Shown here: piece by piece, positions 19,069 to 28,024 of the stretch
Layout: the number at the start of each line of letters is the position of its first letter
Numbering within the stretch: position 1 is the first letter of the stretch
Assembly (NCBI GenBank): GCA_018061145.1
Contig: JAGOUR010000004.1
Coordinates: 10,625 to 74,624, forward strand
DNA from: Minisyncoccota bacterium
GTDB taxonomy: Bacteria > Patescibacteriota > Minisyncoccia > Phycocordibacterales > UBA9973
DNA length: 64,000 nt
Direction of reading: 5' to 3'
Notes under the pieces: generated by a model
Seen by the model: only the letters and a program-made list of their open reading frames with translations
Told to the model about the DNA's origin: nothing
Databases searched by the model: none
Translations under genes and position numbers: made by a program

Positions 19069-21634
19069 ATTTTATATGTTTATTTATAAAGAAATATTTT
19101 GTAAATTCTATCACCCATACATTTACAGCGAGCCATCCAAATAAAATCCATAAATAATTAAAAGGTGTCGGAACCAAACCAAATACATTTTGACCGATTT
19201 TCGTGTACACTGTCGCAAAGATTAGTACAAGACCAATCAAAACACTCAAATTCAAACGCCAGTTGCTAAATATATTATAATTCCAGATATATCTATCTAA
19301 ATCTATAAATGAATATGAGATTATCAGTATATATGATGCAAAACACAAGAAAAATACAGACTGAGCTACGCTTATATCAATAATATTCTTTGTTAACAAA
19401 TAGTACAAAACAAAAAGTAGCAAGGAGGATACAGTGCCTATACCTAGTGCCATGAATTTAATTTTAAAATCAAATATTTTTTTATTTTTAGTCCTTAATA
19501 TATTGTTCCGATCATATGCAAAAGCGATAGCTGGTAATGTACCTGTGAGGACATTTACCCATATGATCTGTAGTGCGGTCAGAGGTAGAGCTAGTCCTGC
19601 GATAAGTGAACCAGTTATCACAAAGACTTCATCCAGAGAATTAGACATCAAATACACAAAGACCTTTTGTATATTTTTCCTTATACCGTGTCCCAGTGCA
19701 ATAGTATCTACTATAGTTCTGAAATCATCCCTCAATAAAATCATGTCTGCTGCACTTTTTGCAACCTCACTACCAGAAGATAGAGATATCCCTATATCCA
19801 TTGCTTTTAATGATGGAGAGTCATTCACCCCATCCCCAGTCATAGCCACGATCTCACCGAGCTTTTGATATAACTTTCCTATTCTCAATTTATCCTCGGG
19901 GGTAACTCGGGCAAATATTTTAATCTTTGGTAGGATCTCTAGTAAATCTTCGTCACTTATATTTTCCAATTGAGAACCGGTCAAGACCTCGTCATCACTC
20001 GCATTTATCCCGACCTTTTCCCCTATGAATTTAGCTGTCCCAGGAAGGTCACCAGTGATCATCTTGACTGCCACACCTCTCTTTACTATCTCATCGATAT
20101 CATTTTTTATACCCTCTCTGAGCAAATCTGAAAAGACAAAGAGTCCGAGTAAGTTCAAATCACTCAGACTGGAACTATCACCTCCACTCTTTTGAGCTAT
20201 AGCTATCAATCTTTTTCCTTCATTACTCAAAGAGTCTATATTTTTTAATAATTCTGTTTTATGAACACTATCAAGATTGGAATTATTTATTAAAATATCT
20301 GGTGCACCCAGAAATACAAACAGACTATCCGATGAGGATATTGAATATTTATTTGTAGAATTAAAGGGTGATATTATCTTGGCACTATTTATTTTAAAAT
20401 CAGGATCGATATTCTGCCCATCGATAATCCTAGACAAGATCACTTCAAAAGCATTGCCGGAATATTCTATTTGTTTTTCATCATTCTTCCGGAGAACAAC
20501 AGAGAAATTTTTCCTAGCTTTTATTAAAATATTTTTATGATTATCAGATAAATTGCCTACATCAAATACCGGCATGTCAGCAAAATTAAAACCCTTATCT
20601 AAAAGTAAAATATTTTCAAGATTCAACTTCCCTTCAGTTAAAGTCCCTGTTTTATCGGTCAAAATCAAAGTCGTAGATCCTAGAGTCTCTGCGGCAGATA
20701 ATTTTCGAATCAATCCTCCCTTTTTTGAAATATTCAAAATTCCAACTGAGAGTATCACCGTGAGGGCGATAGGCAAAGCCTCCGGCACTGCACCTACAGC
20801 TACGGCAGAAGCCAGGACTAGCATTTCAAATATATTCTCTCCTCGATGTATACCCAAGATAAATACAAAAGATACTATCAAAATCGCAACGATCAATATA
20901 TACCAAGAAACATTTTTAACCGCAGATTGAACAGGGGTCAATACTTTTTTTGTATTTGCCAATGTGTGTGCTATTTTACCGATTTCAGTATTTTCACCTA
21001 TGTGAGTAACAACTCCCATGCCATTCCCATTTGTCACCAAGGTCCCACAAAAACAATAATTGCGTCTTTCTGTGATTAGTGAATCTGTGACTACCCCCTC
21101 AATTTTTTCCACGGGGAGAGATTCCCCCGTGAGGATCATCTCGTCAGTTTTTAAGTTTGTAACTTCGATCAATCTTATATCTGCAGGGACTCGAGCACCA
21201 TACTGCAAAACAACGATATCCCCCACGACCAAATCTTCTGCTTCTATCTCTATAATCTCTCCGTCTCTTTTAACTAGGGCTTTATTTTTAATGAATTTTT
21301 TTAAATTCTCGATAGTGTTCTCTGCTCGATACTCTTGATAAGTACTAAGGAGAACATTTATTAAAATAGCGGCCCAGATCACTATAGTCTCCATATTTTC
21401 CCCTAAATAGACAGTGACGAAGGAAGCAAATATAAGTATAAATATCAATGGATTCAGGAATTGAGTAAAAAATGTACGGATCAAGCCATTTTTACTATTT
21501 TCTTCAAATATATTCTTACCATATTCTTTTTGTCTGAGTTCTACATCTTTTTCAGAAAGACCAGAAATATCTGTTTTTAAATTTTCTAGGACAAGTTTTG
21601 AGTCCAAGTTATAAGAGGAATGTAAATTTTGCAT
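19067..21634 (-). CDS. P-type cation-transporting ATPase (P2-type, Ca2+/Mg2+ family)
   Basis: DKTGTLT phosphorylation motif. TGDGVNDSPSLK hinge. Ten predicted TM helices. The likely start is MQNLHSSY at 21634 rather than the ORF-track start at 21682. Confidence 0.85.
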   Translation of the reverse strand: MQNLHSSYNLDSKLVLENLKTDISGLSEKDVELRQKEYGKNIFEENSKNGLIRTFFTQFLNPLIFILIFASFVTVYLGENMETIVIWAAILINVLLSTYQEYRAENTIENLKKFIKNKALVKRDGEIIEIEAEDLVVGDIVVLQYGARVPADIRLIEVTNLKTDEMILTGESLPVEKIEGVVTDSLITERRNYCFCGTLVTNGNGMGVVTHIGENTEIGKIAHTLANTKKVLTPVQSAVKNVSWYILIVAILIVSFVFILGIHRGENIFEMLVLASAVAVGAVPEALPIALTVILSVGILNISKKGGLIRKLSAAETLGSTTLILTDKTGTLTEGKLNLENILLLDKGFNFADMPVFDVGNLSDNHKNILIKARKNFSVVLRKNDEKQIEYSGNAFEVILSRIIDGQNIDPDFKINSAKIISPFNSTNKYSISSSDSLFVFLGAPDILINNSNLDSVHKTELLKNIDSLSNEGKRLIAIAQKSGGDSSSLSDLNLLGLFVFSDLLREGIKNDIDEIVKRGVAVKMITGDLPGTAKFIGEKVGINASDDEVLTGSQLENISDEDLLEILPKIKIFARVTPEDKLRIGKLYQKLGEIVAMTGDGVNDSPSLKAMDIGISLSSGSEVAKSAADMILLRDDFRTIVDTIALGHGIRKNIQKVFVYLMSNSLDEVFVITGSLIAGLALPLTALQIIWVNVLTGTLPAIAFAYDRNNILRTKNKKIFDFKIKFMALGIGTVSSLLLFVLYYLLTKNIIDISVAQSVFFLCFASYILIISYSFIDLDRYIWNYNIFSNWRLNLSVLIGLVLIFATVYTKIGQNVFGLVPTPFNYLWILFGWLAVNVWVIEFTKYFFINKHIK

Positions 21635-21671
21635 TAGTTTATTATAGCAAAAAACATAGTATAATAGACCT

Positions 21672-22424
21672 ATGGAAATCATAATATTAACTATTTTAGT
21701 AATCGTACTATTTATCTATTGCCTAAAGATCAAGACTGACAGTGTCGCTATCGAAAAATCTTTCACTTCTATCGTGAATCACACATTTCGTACACCACTC
21801 ACTCGTATAAAGTGGATGAGTGACAATCTAAAACCCGAGACTACTCTAGCAGAACAGATGGAAATTGCGAAAAACATATCCTATTCTACAAATCATCTCC
21901 TAGAGATAGTAGACACCCTAGCTGGGATAAAAGATTTGAACAATGGATCCGTATATGCAATGAAGACTATATCTCTACGCGAGATTATCGAAGATGGCAT
22001 AGCAAAATTCAACAATCCGATAAATGAAAAGAAATTAAAGCTCCAAATCCCAGCATTTAACTCTATTCCCCTATTTACAGCAGATACAAAAAAGATTTCA
22101 TTTGCTATTCACGCAGTGCTGGAGAACGCTATCTGGTATTCAAAACCTGAAGGCACTATCTCTATCGAGGCTGGAGTATCGGGTAGCAGTATCGATCTAT
22201 CTATCCGAGACGAGGGTATGGGGATGAACTGGAAAGATCGTCGCAATGTCGGGGATAGATTCTACCGTAGCACCGAAGCAGTCAAGATGAACACAGACGG
22301 AATGGGACTATCCCTATATATGGCCAAAAAGATTATGGAGATGCACGGAGGTAGTATATCTTTCAAATCACACGGTCGTGACCGGGGGTCTGTATTCTAT
22401 TTATCGATACCAATATCAAAATAA
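21672..22424 (+). CDS. Membrane-anchored sensor histidine kinase (compact), no cognate response regulator nearby
   Basis: H-box HTFRTPLT. G1 box DEGMGM and G2 box GMGLSL. One N-terminal TM helix. Confidence 0.7.
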   Translation: MEIIILTILVIVLFIYCLKIKTDSVAIEKSFTSIVNHTFRTPLTRIKWMSDNLKPETTLAEQMEIAKNISYSTNHLLEIVDTLAGIKDLNNGSVYAMKTISLREIIEDGIAKFNNPINEKKLKLQIPAFNSIPLFTADTKKISFAIHAVLENAIWYSKPEGTISIEAGVSGSSIDLSIRDEGMGMNWKDRRNVGDRFYRSTEAVKMNTDGMGLSLYMAKKIMEMHGGSISFKSHGRDRGSVFYLSIPISK

Positions 22425-22454
22425 ACACACCTCTCTGTCCGTCGAGTACTAGGA

Positions 22455-22482
22455 CATCTCTCCTTTGCAAGGAGAGATTTTG
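22455..22482 (+). terminator. Terminator hairpin after the histidine kinase gene, of the polypyrimidine/polypurine type
   Basis: atctctcc-tttgcaa-ggagagat followed by tttt. Confidence 0.5.
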
Positions 22483-22731
22483 GTAGATAACCCAAAAAAT
22501 ATTTTGGGTTAAACTTTGTTGGACAAATCGACTTTTTTGGCGTATTATATAGTTATCGAATTTTAATAGTTAGAAGAGTGTCTAATTTAAAGTACGGTTT
22601 ATCTGGTAATTCCCAAAATGATATTTATTTCTATGAACAAAATTTTCCTTTCAATCCCCCGTTTGTACAAAAATACCTATATTCTAAAGCGCCTATAAAG
22701 CGTAGTATTTTAAAGTGACACAGTCACATTT

Positions 22732-24258
22732 ATGAGTTTAACAGCAATAATGATATCGATTGCCGCCGCACTAGCTGGGGTAGGTATTGGATATTATTTG
22801 CGTCTGATCATCTCTCTTGGACAAAAAGGTTCTATGGACCTTGAGATCAAGCAGATGATGATGGCCGCAAAAGAAGAAGCACAGAAAGTCGTCGACGAGG
22901 CCAAGAAAAAGACCGAGGAGAGAGTAGCTGAGCTTCACGCAGAAGAAAAGAAAAAAGAGGCTGAATGGAAAGAGACAGAGCGTCGCCTAGTAAAAAAGGA
23001 TGAGATGCTAGATAGTCGCCAAGCCGAGATTGATAAAGAGGTAGAGAAGATCAAAGTGAAAGTAGAAGAGGTAAAGAAGATAAAGGAGCGTGTCGATGGC
23101 ATGCAAGAGGAAAAGCAAAAAGAATTGGAAAAGGTGGCTCACCTATCATCCGATGATGCTCGTGAACTCCTCATGAAGAACATTGAAGTAAAGTACGAAG
23201 AAGATTTGCTAGTCCGCATGCAAAAGATGGAGACTACAAATGCCGAAAAGCTTGATCGCCGTGCAAAAGATATCCTATCTACATCTATCAACCGCCTTGC
23301 AGCTTCAACTGCTAGTGAGATGATGATGACATCCGTAAATATCCCAAATGATGAGATCAAGGGAAAGATTATCGGAAAAGAAGGTAGAAATATCCGCGCA
23401 TTCGAGCGAGCAGCCGGTGTAGAGCTAGTGATAGACGAGACTCCAGGTGCAATAGTCATCTCTTCATTTGATCCAGTTCGCAGACAAGTAGCCCGTCTAG
23501 CATTGGAAAACCTTATCCTTGATGGCCGAATCCAACCAGCAAAGATCGAGGAAGTAGTAGCCAAAGCTCAAGAGGATATAAACAAGATCATCAAAGACAA
23601 GGGAGATCAGGCAGTATACGAATGTGGAATATTCAATCTTGACCCACGTATCGTAGCGATAGCAGGAAGACTTTACTTCCGTACTAGTTATGGACAAAAT
23701 GTTCTCCAGCACTCTATCGAGATGGCACACATCGCAGGTATGCTAGCCGAAGAGCTAGGTGCAGATATACAGATAGCAAAGGCAGGTGCACTAGTACACG
23801 ATATCGGTAAGGCCCTAGACCACGAAGTCCAAGGTACACATATCGACATCGGTATCAGAATCCTCCAGAAGTTCGGAGCTGACCCACGTATCATCACAGC
23901 GATGAAGTCCCACCACGATGATTGCCCTCATGAATCTATCGAGGCGGTAATCGTGCAGACAGCTGACCATATCTCCGGAGGACGCCCAGGTGCGAGACGT
24001 GATAGTGTAGAGAACTACATAAAGCGCCTACAGGATCTCGAGGCACTGACCAAGACATTCGACGGTGTAGAGAAATCATATGCTCTAGCAGCAGGCCGTG
24101 AAATCCGAATATTTGTCACTCCAGAAAAAGTCACAGATGTACAGGCAAAAGATATGGCTCGTGAGATAGCAAAGAAAATCGAACAAGAGCTCACCTACCC
24201 AGGAGAGATCAAGGTAACGATGATCCGAGAAAACCGAGTCGTAGAATTCGCAAGATAA
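22732..24258 (+). CDS. rny: Ribonuclease Y
   Basis: N-terminal TM anchor, coiled coil, KH domain (IIGKEGRNIRAFE), and HD domain (HDIGK...H..D). Confidence 0.85.
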   Translation: MSLTAIMISIAAALAGVGIGYYLRLIISLGQKGSMDLEIKQMMMAAKEEAQKVVDEAKKKTEERVAELHAEEKKKEAEWKETERRLVKKDEMLDSRQAEIDKEVEKIKVKVEEVKKIKERVDGMQEEKQKELEKVAHLSSDDARELLMKNIEVKYEEDLLVRMQKMETTNAEKLDRRAKDILSTSINRLAASTASEMMMTSVNIPNDEIKGKIIGKEGRNIRAFERAAGVELVIDETPGAIVISSFDPVRRQVARLALENLILDGRIQPAKIEEVVAKAQEDINKIIKDKGDQAVYECGIFNLDPRIVAIAGRLYFRTSYGQNVLQHSIEMAHIAGMLAEELGADIQIAKAGALVHDIGKALDHEVQGTHIDIGIRILQKFGADPRIITAMKSHHDDCPHESIEAVIVQTADHISGGRPGARRDSVENYIKRLQDLEALTKTFDGVEKSYALAAGREIRIFVTPEKVTDVQAKDMAREIAKKIEQELTYPGEIKVTMIRENRVVEFAR

Positions 24259-24272
24259 TAGAATAGTAAATA

Positions 24273-24306
24273 TAAAATCCCACAGGTCAGACCTGTGGGA
24301 TTTTAT
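24273..24306. terminator. Bidirectional terminator between rny and the HIT gene
   Basis: atcccacaggt-cag-acctgtgggat with flanking A-run and T-run. Confidence 0.7.
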
Positions 24307-24312
24307 ATTTAG

Positions 24313-24714
24313 TTAATTCTCCTCTCTTCTCAAGATTAGTAAATGCAAATGAAAGTGATTGGATATAGTGGCACCACTCGGCAAATTTTCATAGAGGACA
24401 TCATAATTAGATCGAATATAGTCTCTTTTGATTTGATCGAATTCTGCAAGCTCTTCTGGTGATAGTAGCGCCCAGTCAAATGCAACTTCCCTCTTTGTCG
24501 ATATCATGTGACTAGTGGACGCGATAGCGTCATAGGGGAATTCATTAGTAACGATTACCCAATGAGTGAATTCTTTGATCAATCCCTCGTGCCAATCTGT
24601 AAAATGAGTTGGCTTTTGCCCTAATCTCTTTCTCTCTTCAGATATCTGCATATATCTATTCATACTCTCCTCTGTTCGAAGGAATGTTCTAGTGACTTTT
24701 TTTGTTGGATCCAT
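24313..24714 (-). CDS. HIT-family (histidine triad) hydrolase-like protein; the true start is MDPTKK at 24714, not 25011
   Basis: C-terminal NHFHLHLLIL matches the HxHxHxx triad. The ORF-track extension to 25011 runs into the RNase P RNA gene and looks non-coding. Confidence 0.5.
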   Translation of the reverse strand: MDPTKKVTRTFLRTEESMNRYMQISEERKRLGQKPTHFTDWHEGLIKEFTHWVIVTNEFPYDAIASTSHMISTKREVAFDWALLSPEELAEFDQIKRDYIRSNYDVLYENLPSGATISNHFHLHLLILRREEN

Positions 24715-24799
24715 ATGAAAAAAATTATAGCATAAAATATTTTTTCTCCCCAAGGACGGACCTTGGATCCAACAAAGGACCGTCCTTTTTCCGAAAAAC

Positions 24800-25285
24800 A
24801 CCCAGACGTGAAAATACACCAGCTTTGGTCTGGTGTATCTCCATGTATTTCGCATTCGTAAGCCGAATTCTGTTTCTAAGTGAATATTTATCTGGGCCAT
24901 ATGTCGCCATATAGCTCGAGCGATTCTTTCCAACCTAGGTCGGAACACGATCTTGCACTCGCGTAAGGATTTAGCCGTTTCACTAAAACTTTCAGTTTTA
25001 GTGTACCGCATAGCTCAAAGAGCGACGTGGTACATATTTACCTTATAGTTTTATTCGCCCCACTTCGCTTTCGCTACGCGGGGCGCTTTTCGGCTTTCGC
25101 CTAAAAGCGTCTCTGCTCGCACCTCTATCGTTACCGACGGCAGGCGTTACCTGCTACGTTTAATGAATTTGCATTCACTGAGTGTTCGGACTTTCCTCCC
25201 CTTCTATTCTTGCGAATAGTCGGAGCATTCACTCGCTGCGGAACAAGACTAACAATACCATAATCTGGGAATTAAGCAAGAAAAA
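24800..25285 (-). ncRNA. rnpB: RNase P RNA (bacterial type A-like)
   Basis: Minus-strand reading shows P4 5' strand GGAGGAAAGUCCGAAC (rc of 25181-25200), AGCAGGUAACGCCUGC (P10/11 GGUAACGCC), the ACAGAAUUCGGCUUAC 3' conserved region (rc of 24858-24873), and P2 agugaau/auucacu pairing. Ends are approximate. Confidence 0.7.
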
Positions 25286-25323
25286 AGGCTTCAACACATT
25301 TCTGTGCGAAGCCCTCTTTTTTT
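25286..25323. terminator. Bidirectional hairpin plus T-run between the basic-protein gene and rnpB
   Basis: ggcttc-aa-caca-tttc-tgtg-c-gaagcc interrupted stem, A-run before and T-run after. Confidence 0.4.
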
Positions 25324-25377
25324 GTAATCAATCATACCAAGAATTATTCGGTACAATATTTTAAACCAAAAAACCTG

Positions 25378-25635
25378 TTACTTCAATCCCTCTGGTAAAT
25401 CTGGCTTCCTCCTGTATTTTTTTGCGCGCTTGCGAGAGGCATCAGCTTTCTTTTTCTGAATTTTTTTCACCTCGTCTGGAACAACTACTACAGACTTTAG
25501 TAGATCATCAATAGATTTTGCTTTTGATTTTTTTGTAAAACCTTTAATTGGCAATATTCTATCCTGAGGTTTTTTTGTTGTGTTGCCGATCTTTTTTTTA
25601 GCAACTCTCTTAATTCTTCTAACAGTCTTCCCCAT
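25378..25635 (-). CDS. Small, highly basic Lys/Arg-rich protein, function unknown (nucleic-acid binding is plausible)
   Basis: 85 aa with more than 30% K/R (KRVAKKKIGNTTKKP...RKRAKKYRRKPD). Ends 55 nt upstream of the bidirectional terminator. Confidence 0.35.
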   Translation of the reverse strand: MGKTVRRIKRVAKKKIGNTTKKPQDRILPIKGFTKKSKAKSIDDLLKSVVVVPDEVKKIQKKKADASRKRAKKYRRKPDLPEGLK

Positions 25636-26050
25636 TTTAATTAAATTAATTTACATGTGAATAAAAACTTTTTAATCTTTATTTTTTTGAGAAAAATAAA
25701 TTTTAGCCTTATCACATCGGTCAATTAAAAATGAAAGGGGTATAAAAAGGCCGTAATAGAATAATCTTGGAGCCAGGTACCCCGAGATGCTGTGCACTGG
25801 GCGAATAGTCTTTCTTTTCATGGTTTTATTTGTTTTTAAAGATTTACAGATTTTTAAGTGTTTCAGGCATTTTAGAATATATACGACCAGAATAGTTATA
25901 TATTTTCCTAAACAAGGACCTGATTTTTACTAAAAAAATTCTCGTTCGATAATTTAATTCTACTCTCATAGTCGTTAAAATTATTTGTTTAAATAAAATA
26001 TACCACTTATAAATCAAAAGTCAATATTTCCCTTTTAAAATCCATTGGTG

Positions 26051-26056
26051 TATAAT
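26051..26056 (+). promoter_or_regulatory. Candidate -10 box (TATAAT, preceded by TG) for hupB
   Basis: ggtgTATAATg lies about 95 nt upstream of the hupB ATG. No convincing -35. Confidence 0.3.
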
Positions 26057-26149
26057 GTTTTTACTCCTGTTTACCAGGGATCGTTTGCAAACGGTCGAAA
26101 TATTATTCAACTAGTCCCCCTATTTGCAAAAATAGGCGCTACAAAAAAT

Positions 26150-26422
26150 ATGAATAAACAAGCATTAGTAGAAATGGTTCACGAAAAGCTAGGTGGTACA
26201 AAGGTACAAGCAGAAGAAGTAGTGAACGGTATATTTGATGCAATCGTTGCAACTTTGAAAAAAGGCGGCGAAGTATCAATAGCAGGTCTTGGAATCTTCT
26301 CAGTTAAGGCTCGTGCAGCTCGTATGGCTCGCAATCCAAAGACTGGAGAACAGGTTAAGGTTGCTGCAACTACAGTTCCAAAATTCAGAGCAGCAAAGGC
26401 TCTTAAGGACGCAGTTAAGTAA
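26150..26422 (+). CDS. hupB: DNA-binding protein HU
   Basis: HU/IHF fold signature (GFGTF-like GLGIFSVKARAARMARNPKTGE, RAAKALKDAV). The start at MNKQALVEMV is preferred over the upstream ORF-track start at 26045. Confidence 0.85.
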   Translation: MNKQALVEMVHEKLGGTKVQAEEVVNGIFDAIVATLKKGGEVSIAGLGIFSVKARAARMARNPKTGEQVKVAATTVPKFRAAKALKDAVK

Positions 26423-26449
26423 TTTAAGCTTTTAAATACAAAAAATGAA

Positions 26450-26484
26450 AAAACACCTTATTCTATCTAAGGTGTTTTTTCTTT
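26450..26484 (+). terminator. Rho-independent terminator after hupB
   Basis: aaacacctta-ttctatc-taaggtgttt followed by tttttcttt. Confidence 0.7.
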
Positions 26485-26643
26485 GGTAGAATCGGCTATT
26501 TTATGGTCACAAATAATTTTTCGCCGCCGCTCCAAATTTTCGCGACCCCACCTCGTGGTTTTGCATGCTTGCAAAACATCACTCCGGCTCACGAAAACGA
26601 GAAAGAGCACTTAAATAGTGCTCTTTCTAAACTCACGTTTTTG

Positions 26644-26714
26644 TGCGGGATAGGAGAATCGAACTCCTGTCTCATCCTTGGCAAGGACGTGTTCTACCAC
26701 TAAACCAATCCCGC
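26644..26714 (-). tRNA. tRNA-Gly (anticodon GCC), CCA not encoded
   Basis: Hand-folded cloverleaf: acceptor gcgggat/atcccgc, anticodon arm cgtcc-ttGCCaa-ggatg, T-arm aggag-ttcgatt-ctcct. Confidence 0.85.
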
Positions 26715-26796
26715 ATTTGCCTATTATATTTTAAAATATATGGCTTTGTTGACACGATAAACCACTAAACCAATCCCGCATACGAAACCGAAACTG

Positions 26797-26867
26797 TCGG
26801 GGTGCAGGGAATTGAACCCTGTTCTCACGGTCCCAAACCGCGTATACTACCGGTGTACTACACCCCG
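26797..26867 (-). tRNA. tRNA-Pro (anticodon UGG), CCA not encoded
   Basis: Acceptor cggggtg/caccccg, anticodon arm cgcgg-ttTGGga-ccgtg (G37), T-arm caggg-ttcaatt-ccctg. Confidence 0.8.
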
Positions 26868-26914
26868 AAACGTCTTTCTATAGTAGCATATTTTAAACAA
26901 AAAACAATGCCCTC

Positions 26915-27322
26915 CTAAAGTATTATATTCTCCATCCTTTTTACTCTCGCTTTTCTACTCTCCAGATCCAGATAAACCACCAATATATCAAATTGCCATT
27001 CCCTATTCCCTATCCTGTTATGTATTAGATATGTCTGTATAACTCGAGCCAGTCTCTGGCGCTTCCACATGTGGACATTCTCTTCTGGTCTGAACCACCC
27101 ACTTTTAGTTTCATGTGTAACATAATCCAGATCTGATACAGATTTTGCCTTTACTTCTATAAAATATAGAGAATTCCCCTTTTCAGCTATTATATCTACC
27201 TCCCCCCATTTCTTTGTATAGTTGCGCTCCAATATAATAAAGCCATGTTTCCCGAGAAACATACAGGCTACATCTTCGCCCAATTCCCCTATTTTTTGAG
27301 TATTTGAAGTAAATTTCTTCAT
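26915..27322 (-). CDS. yraN: YraN/UPF0102 family endonuclease (PD-(D/E)xK fold)
   Basis: GELGEDVACMFLGKHGFIILERNYTKKWGEVDIIAEKGNSLYFIEVKAK matches the UPF0102 signature (GE.GE..A...L...G..IL.RN.R...GEIDII..FVEVK). Confidence 0.7.
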   Translation of the reverse strand: MKKFTSNTQKIGELGEDVACMFLGKHGFIILERNYTKKWGEVDIIAEKGNSLYFIEVKAKSVSDLDYVTHETKSGWFRPEENVHMWKRQRLARVIQTYLIHNRIGNREWQFDILVVYLDLESRKARVKRMENIIL

Positions 27323-27440
27323 CCCGTTAGAGATAGGAAGTCCTTAGACTTCCGTATCTTACTTATTAATAGTAAACAATACAAATTTATCTATATACTA
27401 TATATTATAATTAAAATAAAAACGAAACATCTCTAACGGG
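27323..27440. repeat. 118-bp MITE-like leader cassette with CCCGTTAGAGAT / ATCTCTAACGGG terminal inverted repeats, abutting the yraN start codon
   Basis: Termini at 27323-27334 and 27429-27440. Internal hairpin ggaagtc-cttag-gacttcc. Near-identical 40-nt block shared with the element at 35790..35905. Confidence 0.65.
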
Positions 27441-27815
27441 ATTCATATTGTTACATGTGTAACTAATAAAGTGTGCCACGTGAAACGTTTTTCTATTTAT
27501 TAGACATCCAAACCATTATATAATATGTCTTTCACTTAAATAGCTTGATAAATAATGGTATTATAGATATTGTCTTATCTCTTTCGTGTATGACTTTATC
27601 CAATAAAAGCCTGTCTTATAAACAATACACACATAGTTATCCACATAAATGCTTATTTTGTAGGGGATTAACCTGGGGATAAAGGGACAAATCAAGGACG
27701 TCCATTAAAATAGATCTAGTAAATTTTGTGGTCAGGCATAATTTTCTGCTGAAAATTTGCACGACCCTGGCTCACGTCGTCACGTTCCACCTCGCACAAA
27801 ATGTCCGACATTTTG

Positions 27816-27887
27816 TGCGCCTGGCAGGAATCGAACCCACATCATCGATTCCGAAGATCGATGTCCTATCCATTGAACGACAGGCGC
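27816..27887 (-). tRNA. tRNA-Arg (anticodon UCG), CCA not encoded
   Basis: Acceptor gcgcctg/caggcgc, anticodon arm tcgat-ctTCGga-atcga, T-arm gtggg-ttcgatt-cctgc (two G-U pairs). Confidence 0.75.
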
Positions 27888-28024
27888 ATAGCAATACATA
27901 TATTATACATAAATGTTGCACAATTACAAATAATCCTTTATTTTAAAGGATTATTCCCAGATAATTGCATTTTAAATAAAAAAATACTATAATCTATCTA
28001 TTGTTTAATTGACAATATACATAT

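Noticed and set aside
24715-25011. N-terminal 99 codons of the ORF-track call 24313..25011
   Set aside because: This stretch overlaps RNase P RNA conserved blocks and has no coding periodicity. A good Met (MDPTKK) starts the HIT domain at 24714.
25640-26044. Possible small RNA (SRP RNA, 6S or tmRNA) in the 400-bp AT-rich gap with a short GC-rich patch at 25770-25810
   Set aside because: No SRP helix-8 GGAAG...AGCAG block and no tmRNA ends (GGGG...UCCACCA, T-arm). No convincing extended structure by eye. Left uncalled.
26503-26703. 66-aa ORF overlapping tRNA-Gly(GCC)
   Set aside because: It overlaps a confidently folded tRNA on the other strand and has no start context.
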